A stretch of DNA of 62,272 nucleotides, filler included, from Stramenopiles sp. TOSAG23-3 (GCA_900128585.1; 27 parts of 27 records of this genome joined end to end with filler, not necessarily neighbours in it), one strand, 5' to 3'. Shown: positions 45,816 to 57,680, counted from the whole stretch's first letter. Notes: a model not told the origin generated them from the letters alone. Program-made: numbers and translations.

Positions 45816-46180
45816 CGTTTCGTTCGCAATTTGCGAAGATGGCACTTGGTCGTTTCCTCCCTTTCTTTCTTTTTGTTTCCTTGGTAAGTGCAACTTACTA
45901 CTGCAGGGATGTGCACGTTGTACGTGTATTGTTTTCCTTCATCGTACATTTGTTCATTACTCCTCCTACCTCATATGTATTCTATTTTATAAGTGAATAT
46001 GTACATAGGAATTCTCCATATTTTAAAAAAACTACAACTACTGTTAATGATGCAACCGTATTCAAATAACTATTAATAAATCGTATATTAGTTAAATTTA
46101 TACTTAAAAAACTCAATGTATATAATTATAAAAAGGGAGGAAACGACCAAGTGCCATCTTCGCAAATTGCGAACGAAACG
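45816..46180. repeat. 49-bp perfect inverted repeat (45816-45864 and 46132-46180)
   Basis: cgtttcgttcgc...cctcccttt versus aaagggagg...gcgaacgaaacg at the contig end. Confidence 0.93.
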
Positions 46181-46280
46181 NNNNNNNNNNNNNNNNNNNN
46201 NNNNNNNNNNNNNNNNNNNNNNNNTTAATTAATTAANNNNNNNNNNNNNNNNNNNNNNNNNNNNNNNNNNNNNNNNNNNN

Positions 46281-46304
46281 TTTCGACTCTTTCTTTCTTT
46301 CGAC

Positions 46305-46358
<54 letters not shown>
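46281..46358. repeat. (TTTC)n microsatellite
   Basis: Direct inspection. Confidence 0.9.
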
Positions 46359-46359
<1 letters not shown>

Positions 46360-47171
46360 ATAAGCCCCTATAGAGACACATAACCATATTATATCATAAA
46401 TATAAATAAATGGTTTTATTTCATTGATTCATTTCATTATATTCTTTCTTATTTTTTATTGCTTTTCTTTCTATCGCTATTATATTTATTATAGCTATTT
46501 ATTAATTATACTTTTAGCTTTGCTTCTTTCTAAATTCAAATGAAAGAAAAGAAACCATATATAATTAAGGATATATTAATCCATTATAAATATATAACAC
46601 CATTCATTATTATAAAGTCATTTATGTATTTCTTAAATATAAATAGAATTTAAAAAAAGATAAAGTATACCTCATTTATATATACACAGCATATATAATT
46701 CATATAAATACATTTCCTTAATATTATCTTTCTTTTCTTCTCTTCTTTCCTTTCTTCTTTCCTTTCTTCTTTCCTTTCTTCTTTCCTTTCTTTCCTATAA
46801 GCTTTATAATGGGTGGATAGGGTAGTGTCTATTTTATATAAATAGGAAAGAAAGAAAGAAAGTATACTAATTATAGTATACTTAATATTCTTATCATTTT
46901 TTCTCTTTCTTTTTTTTTTCTTTCTTCGTTTTCTTCTTCGTTCTTCTTTTGTTAAATTCAAATTCCAAATTCCTTTAACAAATTTAAATTCCAGATTCCA
47001 GACCCTAACCTTTTTGTTTGTTTTCTTCTTGCTCTCTCTTTCTATCCTCTATTTTTTCTTTGTTTGTATGTTCGTTGATTGATCGAGTGAGTGTGCGTTT
47101 CCGTTTGTTCGCCGTTGGTTTTGTCTCCCTCCATTCGTTCGTTCTATTCCCCACCACCACCACCACCACCA

Positions 47172-48482
47172 ATGGCGGCGTTGACGATTCTCCCAAAGCT
47201 CCACTCGACGGACGCGTCGGGGCCGGGGATGAACCGGAACGCGCTGGGGAAAGTCTCCGTCTTGGTGTCCCAAACGCACGACAACGACGAGTCTGAGCAG
47301 CAGGAGGCCGCCCTGTCGACACTTCTCTCCAACCCGAACACGGACGCGGGCCGGAACTGCTACTACACCATGCCGTACGTCGGCCCGACCCAGTGCGGGG
47401 CGTGGAACATTCGCCAGTTCGAGATCGCCCGGCACCGGGCCACGGCGATGAAGTGGCCCGAGTACATCACCCGGCGGCACGACAACGTCGTCTTCGGGAC
47501 GAATACCCAGGGCCTGTTCACCGAGATCAACCGGGCCTGGGCGGTCGTCGACAACTGCCTGTACCTCTGGGACTACGAGGGCCGGAACAAGGTCCAGACC
47601 TACGACAAGCTCGACCACCTCATCGTCTCCGTCGCCCTCGTCCCCGTCCGCCGGGGGGTCTTCATCGACAAGGTCAGCTACGTCCTCGTCGTCGCGACGA
47701 CCGTCGAGATCGTCCTCGTCGCCGTCGCGGAGGAGGGGTACGGGGTCAACGACGCCGTCGAGCTCTTCCCGACCCAGTTCAACGTCCCGACGGACGGGGT
47801 CATCGTCCTCTCCGTCACCGGGACCGCGGAGGGCCGGATCTTCATGGGCGGGAACGACGGGGTCGTCTACGAGATCGAGTACAACAACGACAACACCCTT
47901 CGGGGCATGCTCGGCCTCCCGAACAAGTGCCGAAAGGTCAACAAGACGAGCTCCCAGGTCGTCGCCTGGGTCGTCCCCCAGTTCGTCCGGGAGATGGTCT
48001 CCCCGGAGGACCCCATCCACCAGCTCGTCGTGGACCACGCCCGGCACCTCCTCTACGCCCTCACGAAGAAGAACAACGTCTACCTGTACGACCTCGGGGA
48101 CGACGGGGAGACCCTCACCTTCGTCCACTCCCTGAACGTCCCGCAGGCCTGCACCCAGGTCTGCCAGCGCCGGCGCCAGCACGACACGTCCTCCCGGGCC
48201 CAGGAGACGTACTTCAGGGGCCTCCGGGCCGTCGACCACCACGTCATCTCCCTGCACTGCCTCCCCCAGACGGACATCTACCGGAACCGGACGGACGCCC
48301 GCCCGAAGGACTACTGCCACATGATTGCCCTGTGCGCGGACGGGGTCCGCCTGTTCTTCACGACGCTCAACGTCAAGGCCCAGGGGGGCGCCCGGGCCGC
48401 GCGGGCCCGGGCGGAGAAGGCCGAGACGCTGGCACTCCTCCACGTCGGGGCCAGGGGGACCGAGTACGGCCCCATCCGCAGC
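47172..48482 (+). CDS. NUP155: Nucleoporin Nup155/Nup170, N-terminal beta-propeller (3' partial)
   Basis: GLF.EI.RAW..VDN.LYLWDY, I.SV.LV..R.GVF...V.YVLVVAT..EI, GRIFMGG.DG..YE..Y, KCRKVN.T, VD..R..LY.L. Confidence 0.92.
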
Positions 48483-48582
48483 NNNNNNNNNNNNNNNNNN
48501 NNNNNNNNNNNNNNNNNNNNNNNNNNTTAATTAATTAANNNNNNNNNNNNNNNNNNNNNNNNNNNNNNNNNNNNNNNNNNNN

Positions 48583-49293
48583 TTTAAATTGTATAGAGCC
48601 ACATGTTTTGCCCATGGTCACACAACTAAATCCAAAATCCAGTAGATAAATTTTCTTCCTTTTCTTATCGTACATAAGATTATCTGTGTGTAAGTCACGA
48701 TGGGAGAATGAAATTCCAGCATTGTACCGTAACTTGTACAAACCATCGCATAAATTCACCAACGCGTCTTTCAATGTACTTTCGTCCAAGGTCCGTAATG
48801 AATCGCCATCTAACTTTTCTTGAACAGTGACCAATTTGGGAAGTCTATCCCCCGGGAACTTGTAGTACCCCATTCGATAAATCTTAGGAGCCATAATGTA
48901 CGTATTTGTTTGTTTCGCTAAGATCATATTCACAAGAATTTCGTAAAACGTTTCCACTATTTTGGGCTTGTTCATAGCTTTGACTACTACAATATTCTTC
49001 TTGTATATTGCATCAAGGTACGCGCATCCATTCGCCCCACATTTTTTTGCTTCTTTGTAATTTTTAGGTAATTTTATACCTTTAATCTCGGTTAGAGCCA
49101 TCTTTTTTAGTATTGCTTCCAATCTACTGTAGGTTGCAATCCACTGATTGCCTTTATCGAGACGAAGCAACAAGTCACACAAATGTAGTATCTGGTCTCT
49201 TTGGAATTCCTCCTTTTTACCGAGGACCCGTTGAAAATCGTCTACCGATAGACCCGATAAAATAGACTTCATATGGATGTACCATTCCACCAT
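48583..49293 (-). CDS. Divergent Ser/Thr protein kinase (virus-like), 3' partial
   Basis: GANGCAY, VVVK, HRDLHTDNLMY, LLDFGFS. Confidence 0.8.
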
Positions 49294-49298
49294 TTATA

Positions 49299-49817
49299 TT
49301 AAAAATATTTAGACTTGTACTCAAATTGTTTGAATGCATTCTCTTGCATGGCCTTGAATTTCTTTTCATAGACCTGTTTAAAACATTTATCCCTTCGTAA
49401 TATGTTGCATCTTGTTTTCTCCGAATGGCAATTTGGGCATAACGCTTGGCAGTTGTCGTAGGTATCTTCTCCTCCATCTTGTAGCTCTACGATGTGATCT
49501 ACCTCGAAGCTGGGAGGAAGGAGCATTTTACACATGTTGCATTTGTACTGTGATTTGTAAGCAATCTCTATGCGATGGGAGGTACTGTATTTTCTCTTTT
49601 GAAGTTTAAGTAATCCTCGTGTTTTATGCAACCATGGTGCAAGCAAGAGCAACGAGTCCTCATGAATGTATTCTTCATTGTAAAACAGTTTTCCCGGGTA
49701 ATCCATGAATACATATTCGTCTAGAATAAAGGTAGGCCTTTCTTGTTTGATGTAACCTTCTATGTCGCTTATAAAGTAAGACAGCACGCCTCCTTCATTA
49801 ACAAAACGGATATCCAT
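49299..49817 (-). CDS. HNH endonuclease
   Basis: QYKCNMC...L...FEVDHIV.L..GG.D...N.QALCPNCH..KT. Confidence 0.92.
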   Translation of the reverse strand: MDIRFVNEGGVLSYFISDIEGYIKQERPTFILDEYVFMDYPGKLFYNEEYIHEDSLLLLAPWLHKTRGLLKLQKRKYSTSHRIEIAYKSQYKCNMCKMLLPPSFEVDHIVELQDGGEDTYDNCQALCPNCHSEKTRCNILRRDKCFKQVYEKKFKAMQENAFKQFEYKSKYF

Positions 49818-49844
49818 TTATGGAATGACCATCTGCTTAAATAC

Positions 49845-50189
49845 TTAATTATCCGATAGAAACAGGTGTCGTATTTTGTATTCAGCGCTACCCAGATCAA
49901 ACTGTGCGTTTGTGTCTGGTATAATACTCTTTTTCAAGCCAATGGAGCTTCCACTCAAGTCAAAGGCCTCTGATAACCCTTTTACGAACGCGTTTCCATT
50001 AATAAGGCACACTTGACCCGCTACGACCGAGGCATCTGTACAAGCTGGTATTTCCTGTAAACACAGGGCGTTATTGTTACTCGAACAGCACTCGCTAGCA
50101 GAATAGATGGATCTTAATTGTGGGCAGGTGACAGCTCCAACCACGGAGAAAGTAAGGATCCTTATAAGGATTAAGAACAGTAGAAACAT
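49845..50189 (-). CDS. Small secreted Cys-rich protein with a viral fibre-like C-terminal motif
   Basis: MFLLFLILIRILTFSVVGA; TC..LR..Y....CC; ends IIPDTNAQFDLGSAEYKIRHLFLSDN. Confidence 0.65.
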   Translation of the reverse strand: MFLLFLILIRILTFSVVGAVTCPQLRSIYSASECCSSNNNALCLQEIPACTDASVVAGQVCLINGNAFVKGLSEAFDLSGSSIGLKKSIIPDTNAQFDLGSAEYKIRHLFLSDN

Positions 50190-50208
50190 TTTACAGAAAC
50201 AGATGGTA

Positions 50209-50646
50209 TTAAATACGCTCTTCCAATTGATTCGGTACAAAATATACGAGTGCCATGACCATACCATGCCATAGATTGACTGTCCACACGTATTGTTGTA
50301 CTGTAAACTGTGGTTTGAGCCATGTGGTAGTGCTCAACAGTCCAATGGCTACTATGCCCCATACATAATGCCACCATTCCATAGATGGATAAAAGTAAAC
50401 ATACAATGACATGATGGTCACCGCCAATATCCTATCTCCCCATGTTGTACAGGTGTAGCGGTACACCCTTCCTTGGTTTAGAGTTGCAAAAATGAACAGA
50501 CAACCCCATAAGCTACAAAAAATCGCACGTCCCAATAATGACATATTGAGTATAGTTACAATAATAGCATACAAGCACATAATTAAATTCACAAATATAA
50601 TAGAGTACAATGGTTTTTTGTTTGGATTTGCGTCATACTCTAGCAT
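50209..50646 (-). CDS. Small polytopic membrane protein
   Basis: 145 aa, about five hydrophobic segments; TATATAAATA upstream. Confidence 0.65.
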   Translation of the reverse strand: MLEYDANPNKKPLYSIIFVNLIMCLYAIIVTILNMSLLGRAIFCSLWGCLFIFATLNQGRVYRYTCTTWGDRILAVTIMSLYVYFYPSMEWWHYVWGIVAIGLLSTTTWLKPQFTVQQYVWTVNLWHGMVMALVYFVPNQLEERI

Positions 50647-50883
50647 TTACTAATGGATTCTATATTTATATACTCGTTTCTTTTTATGCAACGAACGGTC
50701 GATTCCCTATCAAGCGCAAAATCCCTACTTAATAAAAAAATCGAATACAAACGTAGTAGGTGCTCTGTATATGAGGACTACATNNNNNNNNNNNNNNNNN
50801 NNNNNNNNNNNNNNNNNNNNNNNNNNNTTAATTAATTAANNNNNNNNNNNNNNNNNNNNNNNNNNNNNNNNNNNNNNNNNNNN

Positions 50884-53083
50884 GCGTGCACCTTCCGCAC
50901 GATGGTCCGGGACGGGAAGCAGCCGACGGGCTGGTGCATCACCAACAAAGCGCGGTTCGATGCCCGGTGGTCGGCCAAGGAGGAGGAGGAGGGCATCGCC
51001 GTCAACGGGCTGACGGCCAGACTGTGCACCCACGCGAGGAGCCGGAAGCAGTCCTCCATCTTTCCCCTCACCTCCCAGTCGGTCGGGGCGACCGCCGCCC
51101 TGACCCGAAACGTCATGGAGCATCTCGAACGGCAGATCCACCGAAAGTTCGAAACGTTCGTCTGCGACTTCATCCGCGACGACAGCGACGAGTACTGGAT
51201 GACGCAGATCAAAGGGTACCGGCTGAAGGCACAGTGGATTCACCGCCCCGTCAAGCTGTCCGCAAAGCAGCAAAAGGCGCTGCTCCACAGCAAGAACATG
51301 TACACCCACGAGAACGACATCGACACCGCCACTCCGTCGACGGCGAACTTGCCACCGGTCGGGGGGAGGCGGGCGAAGCCCCAGACGGTCAAGACCAGCA
51401 AGTGCCGCTTCTGCGAGCTGCAGTTCCATGCCTCGATGCTGCCCTACAAGATGACCCTAAAGATGATCCGGGACACCCCGCGACGGCTCCAGCTCCGCAT
51501 CCCCCGGTCCCGTTTCGTCGCCCTCTTCGGGTCCAAGAAACGAAAAAAGGTGGCCAACTCCAGCTCGGACCGCACACAGCTGTACCGGGCCTACGACGTG
51601 TGCAGGGGCTGCTACAAGCTGTACCAGAGCGACGTGAAGCTCCAGGTGCTCGAAAACAAGTTCTCCGCGGCCCTGTCGATTCCCTCTCTTGCGGATGGGT
51701 TCGTGGGCGACTTGGCGGAGCAGATGAAGGCTGCCCAGTCGGCCATGCGAATCGGGGAGCGGAAGAATACGTTCAGCGCGCAGAAGAAGGCCCGCCGACC
51801 CCGGACGGCGTCCTCCACGGGCAGCCGGCCGAAGAGCCCGGTCCGTCGCCCGAAGGAGGGCTGCGAGGAGGACGTCCGGCAGCGGCGCATGTTCATCAAG
51901 AACGCGAAGAAGGACTCGCTCATGGAGGCCCTGACCGACTCGCAGTCGGAGCGCCCGATCCCCCCGGAGGTGACCATGTACCGTATGCTCGTGGTCCTGC
52001 ACGAGGTGCACGACTTTCCCAAGGCCTTTTACGACCAGCTCGTGAGCGACGGGAGGGTCTCGAAGGAGGCGAACCACCTGGAGGAGGACTTTTTTCTCGT
52101 GTACGAGGTCTTGGGCACCAAGTGCGCCATCCCGCTCCGGATACGGGAGACGTACCAGGAGGGCAAGCCCGTCTATGTGCACCGGATGCGCATTCACTAC
52201 TTCTTTGGGGCTGTGCCCAGCCCGGTCAACACCAACCTGGACACGTCGCGCCACGGAATCGACATTTTCCTAACCCAGACCAGCGACGTGCTGGTGCACC
52301 TGTGCAAAGGGTTTCTCCCGGACGGCACAGTGAACACGTTCCCGCTGATCACCAAAGACTACGGCCCGTCGAAAATGGGCCTTCGACAGTTCAAGAGCAA
52401 GTTCGTGAACAAGCACGAGGTGTACGCCCCCTTCGGGCTCGGGGCCGGCGGAATCTGCAGCTTGCGGGCGACAGTCGGCGTAGAGCACGTCCGCAACCAC
52501 TTGGACTCCCGGCTGCTGGACGACGACCCCCACGCCCACTTTGAGCAGGGCGTGTTCGTGCCGTCCATATCGTTTTCCACCCCCGACCCACTCCCGAACG
52601 AGTGGCTCGAAACGCTCGGGTCGACGCACCACACCCACTACCACAAAGGGAAGGACGGCCACTTCTCCGAGGTCATGGACGATTCGGACACGGAGGCAGT
52701 GGTGGACACCCCGGAAGTCGTCCTGTACTGGGCCATACAGTTCCACGTGCACGCCCTGAGCTACCTGTGCGACCTGCTGCCGAACGGGAAGTTCGACACG
52801 GAGGCGCGGTACTTTCTCAAGTACGAAATGTGTGGGAGGAAAGTCCAGACTGCAGATGTCTCCCCGACGCCCGACCCTTACGAGACGGGAAAGCCACTTC
52901 TGGTCTTCGAGACCTCCGACAAGCACTGGGCGTCGGGCCCCGTCAGCCGGATGAAGGACTTCTTCGGGAAGCGCCCGGAGATGGCCGTGGAGGTGTACCG
53001 GCGGCACGTGAGCCCACGGCAGTTCCTTGAGAAGAAGCTGGCCAGGGTGTTTTACAGGCCCACTACAATGGCGACGGGTGCGT
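50884..53083 (+). CDS. Uncharacterised large protein (internal fragment) with paired CxxC motifs and possible C2-like regions
   Basis: Open across the contig with strong G/C third-position bias in this frame; CRFC...CRGC. Confidence 0.75.
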
Positions 53084-53183
53084 NNNNNNNNNNNNNNNNN
53101 NNNNNNNNNNNNNNNNNNNNNNNNNNNTTAATTAATTAANNNNNNNNNNNNNNNNNNNNNNNNNNNNNNNNNNNNNNNNNNNN

Positions 53184-55066
53184 GAAGAGCCGATAGACCG
53201 ACGAACGCACGAATCATCCTACCAGGTCCCGTTACCGATATATAACTTGGGAAAACTTGGCTCTGTCGTAGAGGTCGCGGGAACGCCAAATGTAGTCACA
53301 GCTTTATTTGACGATGGAAACCTTGTAGCGTTCCGAAAGGAAATGAAGAAGTCGGTGAAAATAGAAAGAATGCCTATTCAGCATCGAGTTCTGCACGTAG
53401 CAGCTGGCATTTGCCACTTTGTGGCGAACACGATATCCCCACCAGGCACTTCAAATATCTTTATATGGGGTAAGAATAGCAATGGACAGCTGGGCTTTGG
53501 TTCAACCAAAGAATTACATTTTCCAACAGAGGTCCAGCCGTTATCTTCGACATCTATTGCAACTGTATGCTGTGGGGATCATTCAACGTTTGCTTTAGCA
53601 GCCGATGGCCAACTGTTCGTTTGGGGGAAAAACACTTCAGGGCAATTAGGACTTTCCGGAAGCGTGGATGAAACCATTACGAGTGTACAAGGCCAGAAAT
53701 TGAAGGAAAATGCTCCAAAGGTATTGTTTCCTACTAAAATTAATTCGAGTTTAAGCCGAAAGACGGAAGGAGACATCGGCACTGAAATGGAATCGGATCA
53801 GCACTCACTTTATACGAAAGGGTTGGAACAGCGGATGGGTGCGTCAGAGCATCGTGCCGCATCTATTTCGGATCAAAGCTGCTTCTACCAATACAATCGT
53901 AAGTATGTCGAGGAGTTACACGAAGATAAGCGGTTTCATTGTAAAAAATGGAGTACTGTTTATGCTGATTCAACCGCCGTACGATTCAACGCGAAACAAT
54001 TGCGAACATTTCAAAACATTCTGAGACAAAAAATACAACTGCAAAGACAGCTTGCTGACATCGAAAAACAAATCATAAAGTGCCGCATTAGGGGGCAAAC
54101 TTCGGGAATAAAAAATACAAAAGGCAATAGAAACACAGTCACCGAAGAAGGATCCGTGACGTCCCTGATACAAGACAGAGACTTGCGGAAAGCACAGGAA
54201 TTAATTTCGGTGTATGAGTTGAAACAAAATAACCTTCACTTGGCAATTAAAAAAGCAAAGTTTAGTATGGCGCCACTTTTAAAATTTTCTAATTCTGAGA
54301 GAAAGAAGATTGATGCAAACAAAGAAACCTTGGTTGAATTAGAAAACGAAATAGAGGCAATTGCCCAGGACAAAGAAAGGATTCAAAATGTAAGCGAAAT
54401 GCGTATCGCGAAGTCGCTCTTGCTTAGAAAGCAAGATATGCTGCGGAGCCGGAAAAAATTTCAAGAGTCAACTGCTATCAAGGTCGGTTCTGCTGAAATA
54501 AATATACAATTATTTCATGCCAAAATACGAAAACACGAACGAGAGATCAAGTTGCTATCACAAAAAATACAGTTATGCAACAAAATGGTCATAGCACATG
54601 TCGGTAAGTACCTGTATCAATACCCTCTCGAAATATATGTTCAGGCCAGTGGCTAACAGACACTTTTTATTAAAACAAAGATTCATTAAAACGAAGAATT
54701 GCAATTCATCAAACACAAAGAATTCGTCAGGTGATAGATCGAGTGCAACTGTTTCTTCAATCCAAAAAACCATTCGACATAAACGAAATGCAGTTTTCCG
54801 ATATTCCGTTTGACCGTAAAGATTCAGGATTGACAAGTTTTCTTTCAAAAAATGATATTGGCATTAGAAATTTACGAGAAGATCTTCTTTTGGATCTGAA
54901 CAATTTTTCTTTTAATGACGATCCACTACATGATATAATATTCACAGTGAAAGACCTGCTGGAGAAAAACTTTGCTAAAAACGCACAGAGAAACAACATA
55001 ATTCGAAATTTGTTTGCGACACTTGGACGTAAAAATGCTGAGCAGAAGAGTAGCATATTTTCGTAA
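53184..55066 (+). CDS. RCC1-repeat plus coiled-coil protein, spliced (intron 54604-54680), 5' partial
   Basis: WGKNSNGQLG, CCGDHSTFAL..DG.LFVWGKNTSGQLG; GTAAGT...GCTAAC...AAG intron joins in frame to the 54731-55066 ORF. Confidence 0.85.
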
Positions 55067-55483
55067 ATGCCACATAAAGAAATGCGAGACCCCATCAATG
55101 ATGTAAGAGGTAAGAGTACTAAGTAGTTCTCTGTTTTCTTATTTTTCAAGGAGTACAAATTTAGTCCATTCTGAAAACACGTAAAAATTCCAAAGCATCG
55201 AAACAGTGAATCGTTATCTTCTAATTTCATTTACAAAATACGTTCAAACATTACAAAATACTTATTTCAAACTGTGTTATACGAACTTCGCGAACTGTAA
55301 AATTCCCACTTCATTTTGTTGGCCTGTATCTTTTTCTATCCCTACGAATCCATGTTTTCTCGATAGATTTTGCTTTGTCCATTNNNNNNNNNNNNNNNNN
55401 NNNNNNNNNNNNNNNNNNNNNNNNNNNTTAATTAATTAANNNNNNNNNNNNNNNNNNNNNNNNNNNNNNNNNNNNNNNNNNNN

Positions 55484-56473
55484 GCTATGCCTTTCAAAAC
55501 ATGCTGCTTTTCGCGCAATGTTTTTCGGACCCCTACAATAGCGTTCAGCAGCGTTTTGAGGTCATCAATCTCATCCTCGGTCCGTTTCAAGGTGTCCTCG
55601 TTTTCCCACTTCCCTTCGAGCTTGCTTCCCGCTGGCATTACCGCATTGTTTACCAATTCCTGGTCATCTATTGCGTTCGATTTTCTCTCTTCGTTACGTG
55701 CGCCCGACTGTCTAATTTTGTACTCAGCCCTTTCCATCATACTTTCAATTGCCACGAGTTGCTTGCCGATCAGTTTATTCGTTGTACGTATCAGCCTGTG
55801 CCTTTCTTTCAATTGTTCTGTACTCTGCGCACGACGAACAACAGTCATTGCCTCGTTGACAAACCGATCGTACTCCATCGGAACCAGCGCAAGGACAAAA
55901 TCCCCCGTTTGAACGATTAGCTGGTGACCTGGGCAGACGACGATGGAGCCGTCGGATCTACCCAAAGCAATTGGGAGAGACTTAAACTTGTCACAAAAGG
56001 AGGCCATCACATGCCGGAACGATTTTCCGAACAGGTACGGAGGAATTCCTTTTCTTCGCAAGAATGACTCTCGAAGCAAGGACTCAAGGTTTTGCAACTT
56101 CTTTATAGCCCGCAACGTTTGCGACGTTCTTGGAACATCCTTTTCGTCCACGTCAACATCTCGTTCTCCCAAATTTGGGGGACTGTGGTTGGTGAGGGTC
56201 CCGATAAGTGGTATTATGAATGGATTGTGAAGGGAACGAAACATGCAGGTCCTGATAGTATCCATGGGGCAGCACCAGGTTCTGTTCACGTGATACTGCG
56301 ATTTCGAGGATGCAATCGAGCATATGACCGCCGGGGCCAATTTTCGGACCTCTTGCATGGTAAAGAACACCGAAGAAATATTGCTTGATTCCACAGAGTA
56401 CTCCAATTCCAATATTCCGCGGTGGTTAGACCCCTGAGGTGTTTTCCCTTCGTCGGGCAAAATAACAACCTCC
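55484..56473 (-). CDS. RCK2-like region resembling Slo/BK potassium channel C-termini, followed by coiled coil (fragment)
   Basis: NPFIIPLIGTL, IP..LFGKSF.....F.....LPIAL.R, VVCP...L.V..GD.V..L. Confidence 0.55.
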
Positions 56474-56818
56474 AGCTTTAATGATTTTGTTGCCGTGATG
56501 GCAACCAAAATGATTTTTCCATATCCCATGGATAAGGTCCGGGCTGCTTGCGAAATGTTTGATGACAATTCGAATGGAAAATTACGTAGTGAGGACATTC
56601 GTTTCGCCATGGAAGAGTTGGTGCCGCACCCGATGTCACATGACGAGGCTTCCCACATGATAAATGATCTATTTGGCAGCGAATTGGAAATGGACATATC
56701 AGTGTTTTTAAATAGAGTCAAGACATCTTTGACATCCGCGGGAGGAAATAGGAAATCAGCCGCCCCGCAGCCTGGGAAGAGGTTGATGTCCCTAATAGAG
56801 ATTGGCAACCCAAAATGA
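56474..56818 (+). CDS. Centrin/calmodulin-like EF-hand C-terminal fragment
   Basis: SFNDFVAVMATKM...DKVRAACEMFDDNSNGKLRSEDIRFAMEEL...MSHDEASHMI; stop is followed by AT-rich DNA. Confidence 0.65.
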   Translation, partial: SFNDFVAVMATKMIFPYPMDKVRAACEMFDDNSNGKLRSEDIRFAMEELVPHPMSHDEASHMINDLFGSELEMDISVFLNRVKTSLTSAGGNRKSAAPQPGKRLMSLIEIGNPK

Positions 56819-57560
56819 GCGTCATGGTTCGAACGTAGGTTCCAGTAAGAGTTATTACTACGCCGCCCGGCTAAATGATAATCTCATTTTTAATTTAAAA
56901 AATCGGTATTTTTATTATTATAAAAAAATATTTATTATATTTTTTTTTTAAATTATTTTTTATATTATTACTACACAGCAGTATTTTTTTTTTTATCTCT
57001 CATCACAATTTTTTTAAGTAATTTTCGTATTATTTTTATGGAAAAGTATTAGATTTCGTCGTCGTCTGGAAAATATTGCCATGACTTTTCGAGTGCAAGT
57101 GTTTTCGTCATATACAAATAAATACTGAAAACAAATCAATACTTTTAATTATATAACGACCATTTTAGATTTTTTTTCCATATTTTTTAATACCTTATAT
57201 AGAATGAGAATGATGATGGATTATTCGAGATTGATGAGCTGCTGCTCACTCCAAAGCTTTTTTATTGCTCCTAATTTGCTTTACCGTGTATTGTACCTTA
57301 ATATTAAATTATACTCGAATAACGTCCTTCCTATGCTGTGTGTAAGTAATTTGGAAATAAAAGTACTATAATATGCTGCTATCCTATTTTCTACGTAGTT
57401 TAGATCAATGATGCTCCAGAAAAGGAATCAGTACTCTCCAATTATATTTTAACACAGGATATTATCATTTAATACGGTTGGAAGATTGAAGTAGAGAAGT
57501 GGGTTCAAGAAGCGTTTTTAACTAGGAACCAATAGTGTCCCTACTGGTGCCATACACAGA

Positions 57561-57680
57561 ATGGCTGGCGTTTCCTCCCGCTTTTCAGCGAAAGTGGCAG
57601 GTTATTTGATTTTATGCGGACAGGAAAATCCTGAGATTCGACTGCAGGGTATTGAGGGTCTTCATAACCTAACTATTAGT
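57561..57680 (+). CDS. Possible 5' end of an ARM/HEAT-like protein
   Basis: MAGVSSRFSAKVAGYLILCGQENPEIRLQGIEGLHNLTIS, open to the contig end; only 40 codons. Confidence 0.25.

Larger units (their letters stand above)
48583..50783 (-). mobile_element. Giant-virus-like DNA fragment (whole contig)
   Basis: Four co-oriented intronless ORFs with 5-27-bp spacers, AT-rich coding sequence, HNH nuclease plus divergent kinase plus fibre-like motif. Confidence 0.7.

Noticed and set aside
47049..48538. Long alternative ORFs (47049-48443 minus, 47393-48538 plus) overlapping NUP155
   Set aside because: Shadow ORFs expected from extreme GC3 bias; low-complexity V/D/R/P translations
50886..53007. Several long overlapping ORFs in other frames
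   Set aside because: Same GC3 shadow effect; only the 50902 frame has normal composition
54598..55066. Frameshift or pseudogene in the RCC1 gene
   Set aside because: Explained by a 77-bp GT-AG intron (54604-54680) with a GCTAAC branch site
56474..56808. First about 110 aa of the 55432-56808 minus ORF as real protein
   Set aside because: The opposite strand carries the recognisable EF-hand sequence
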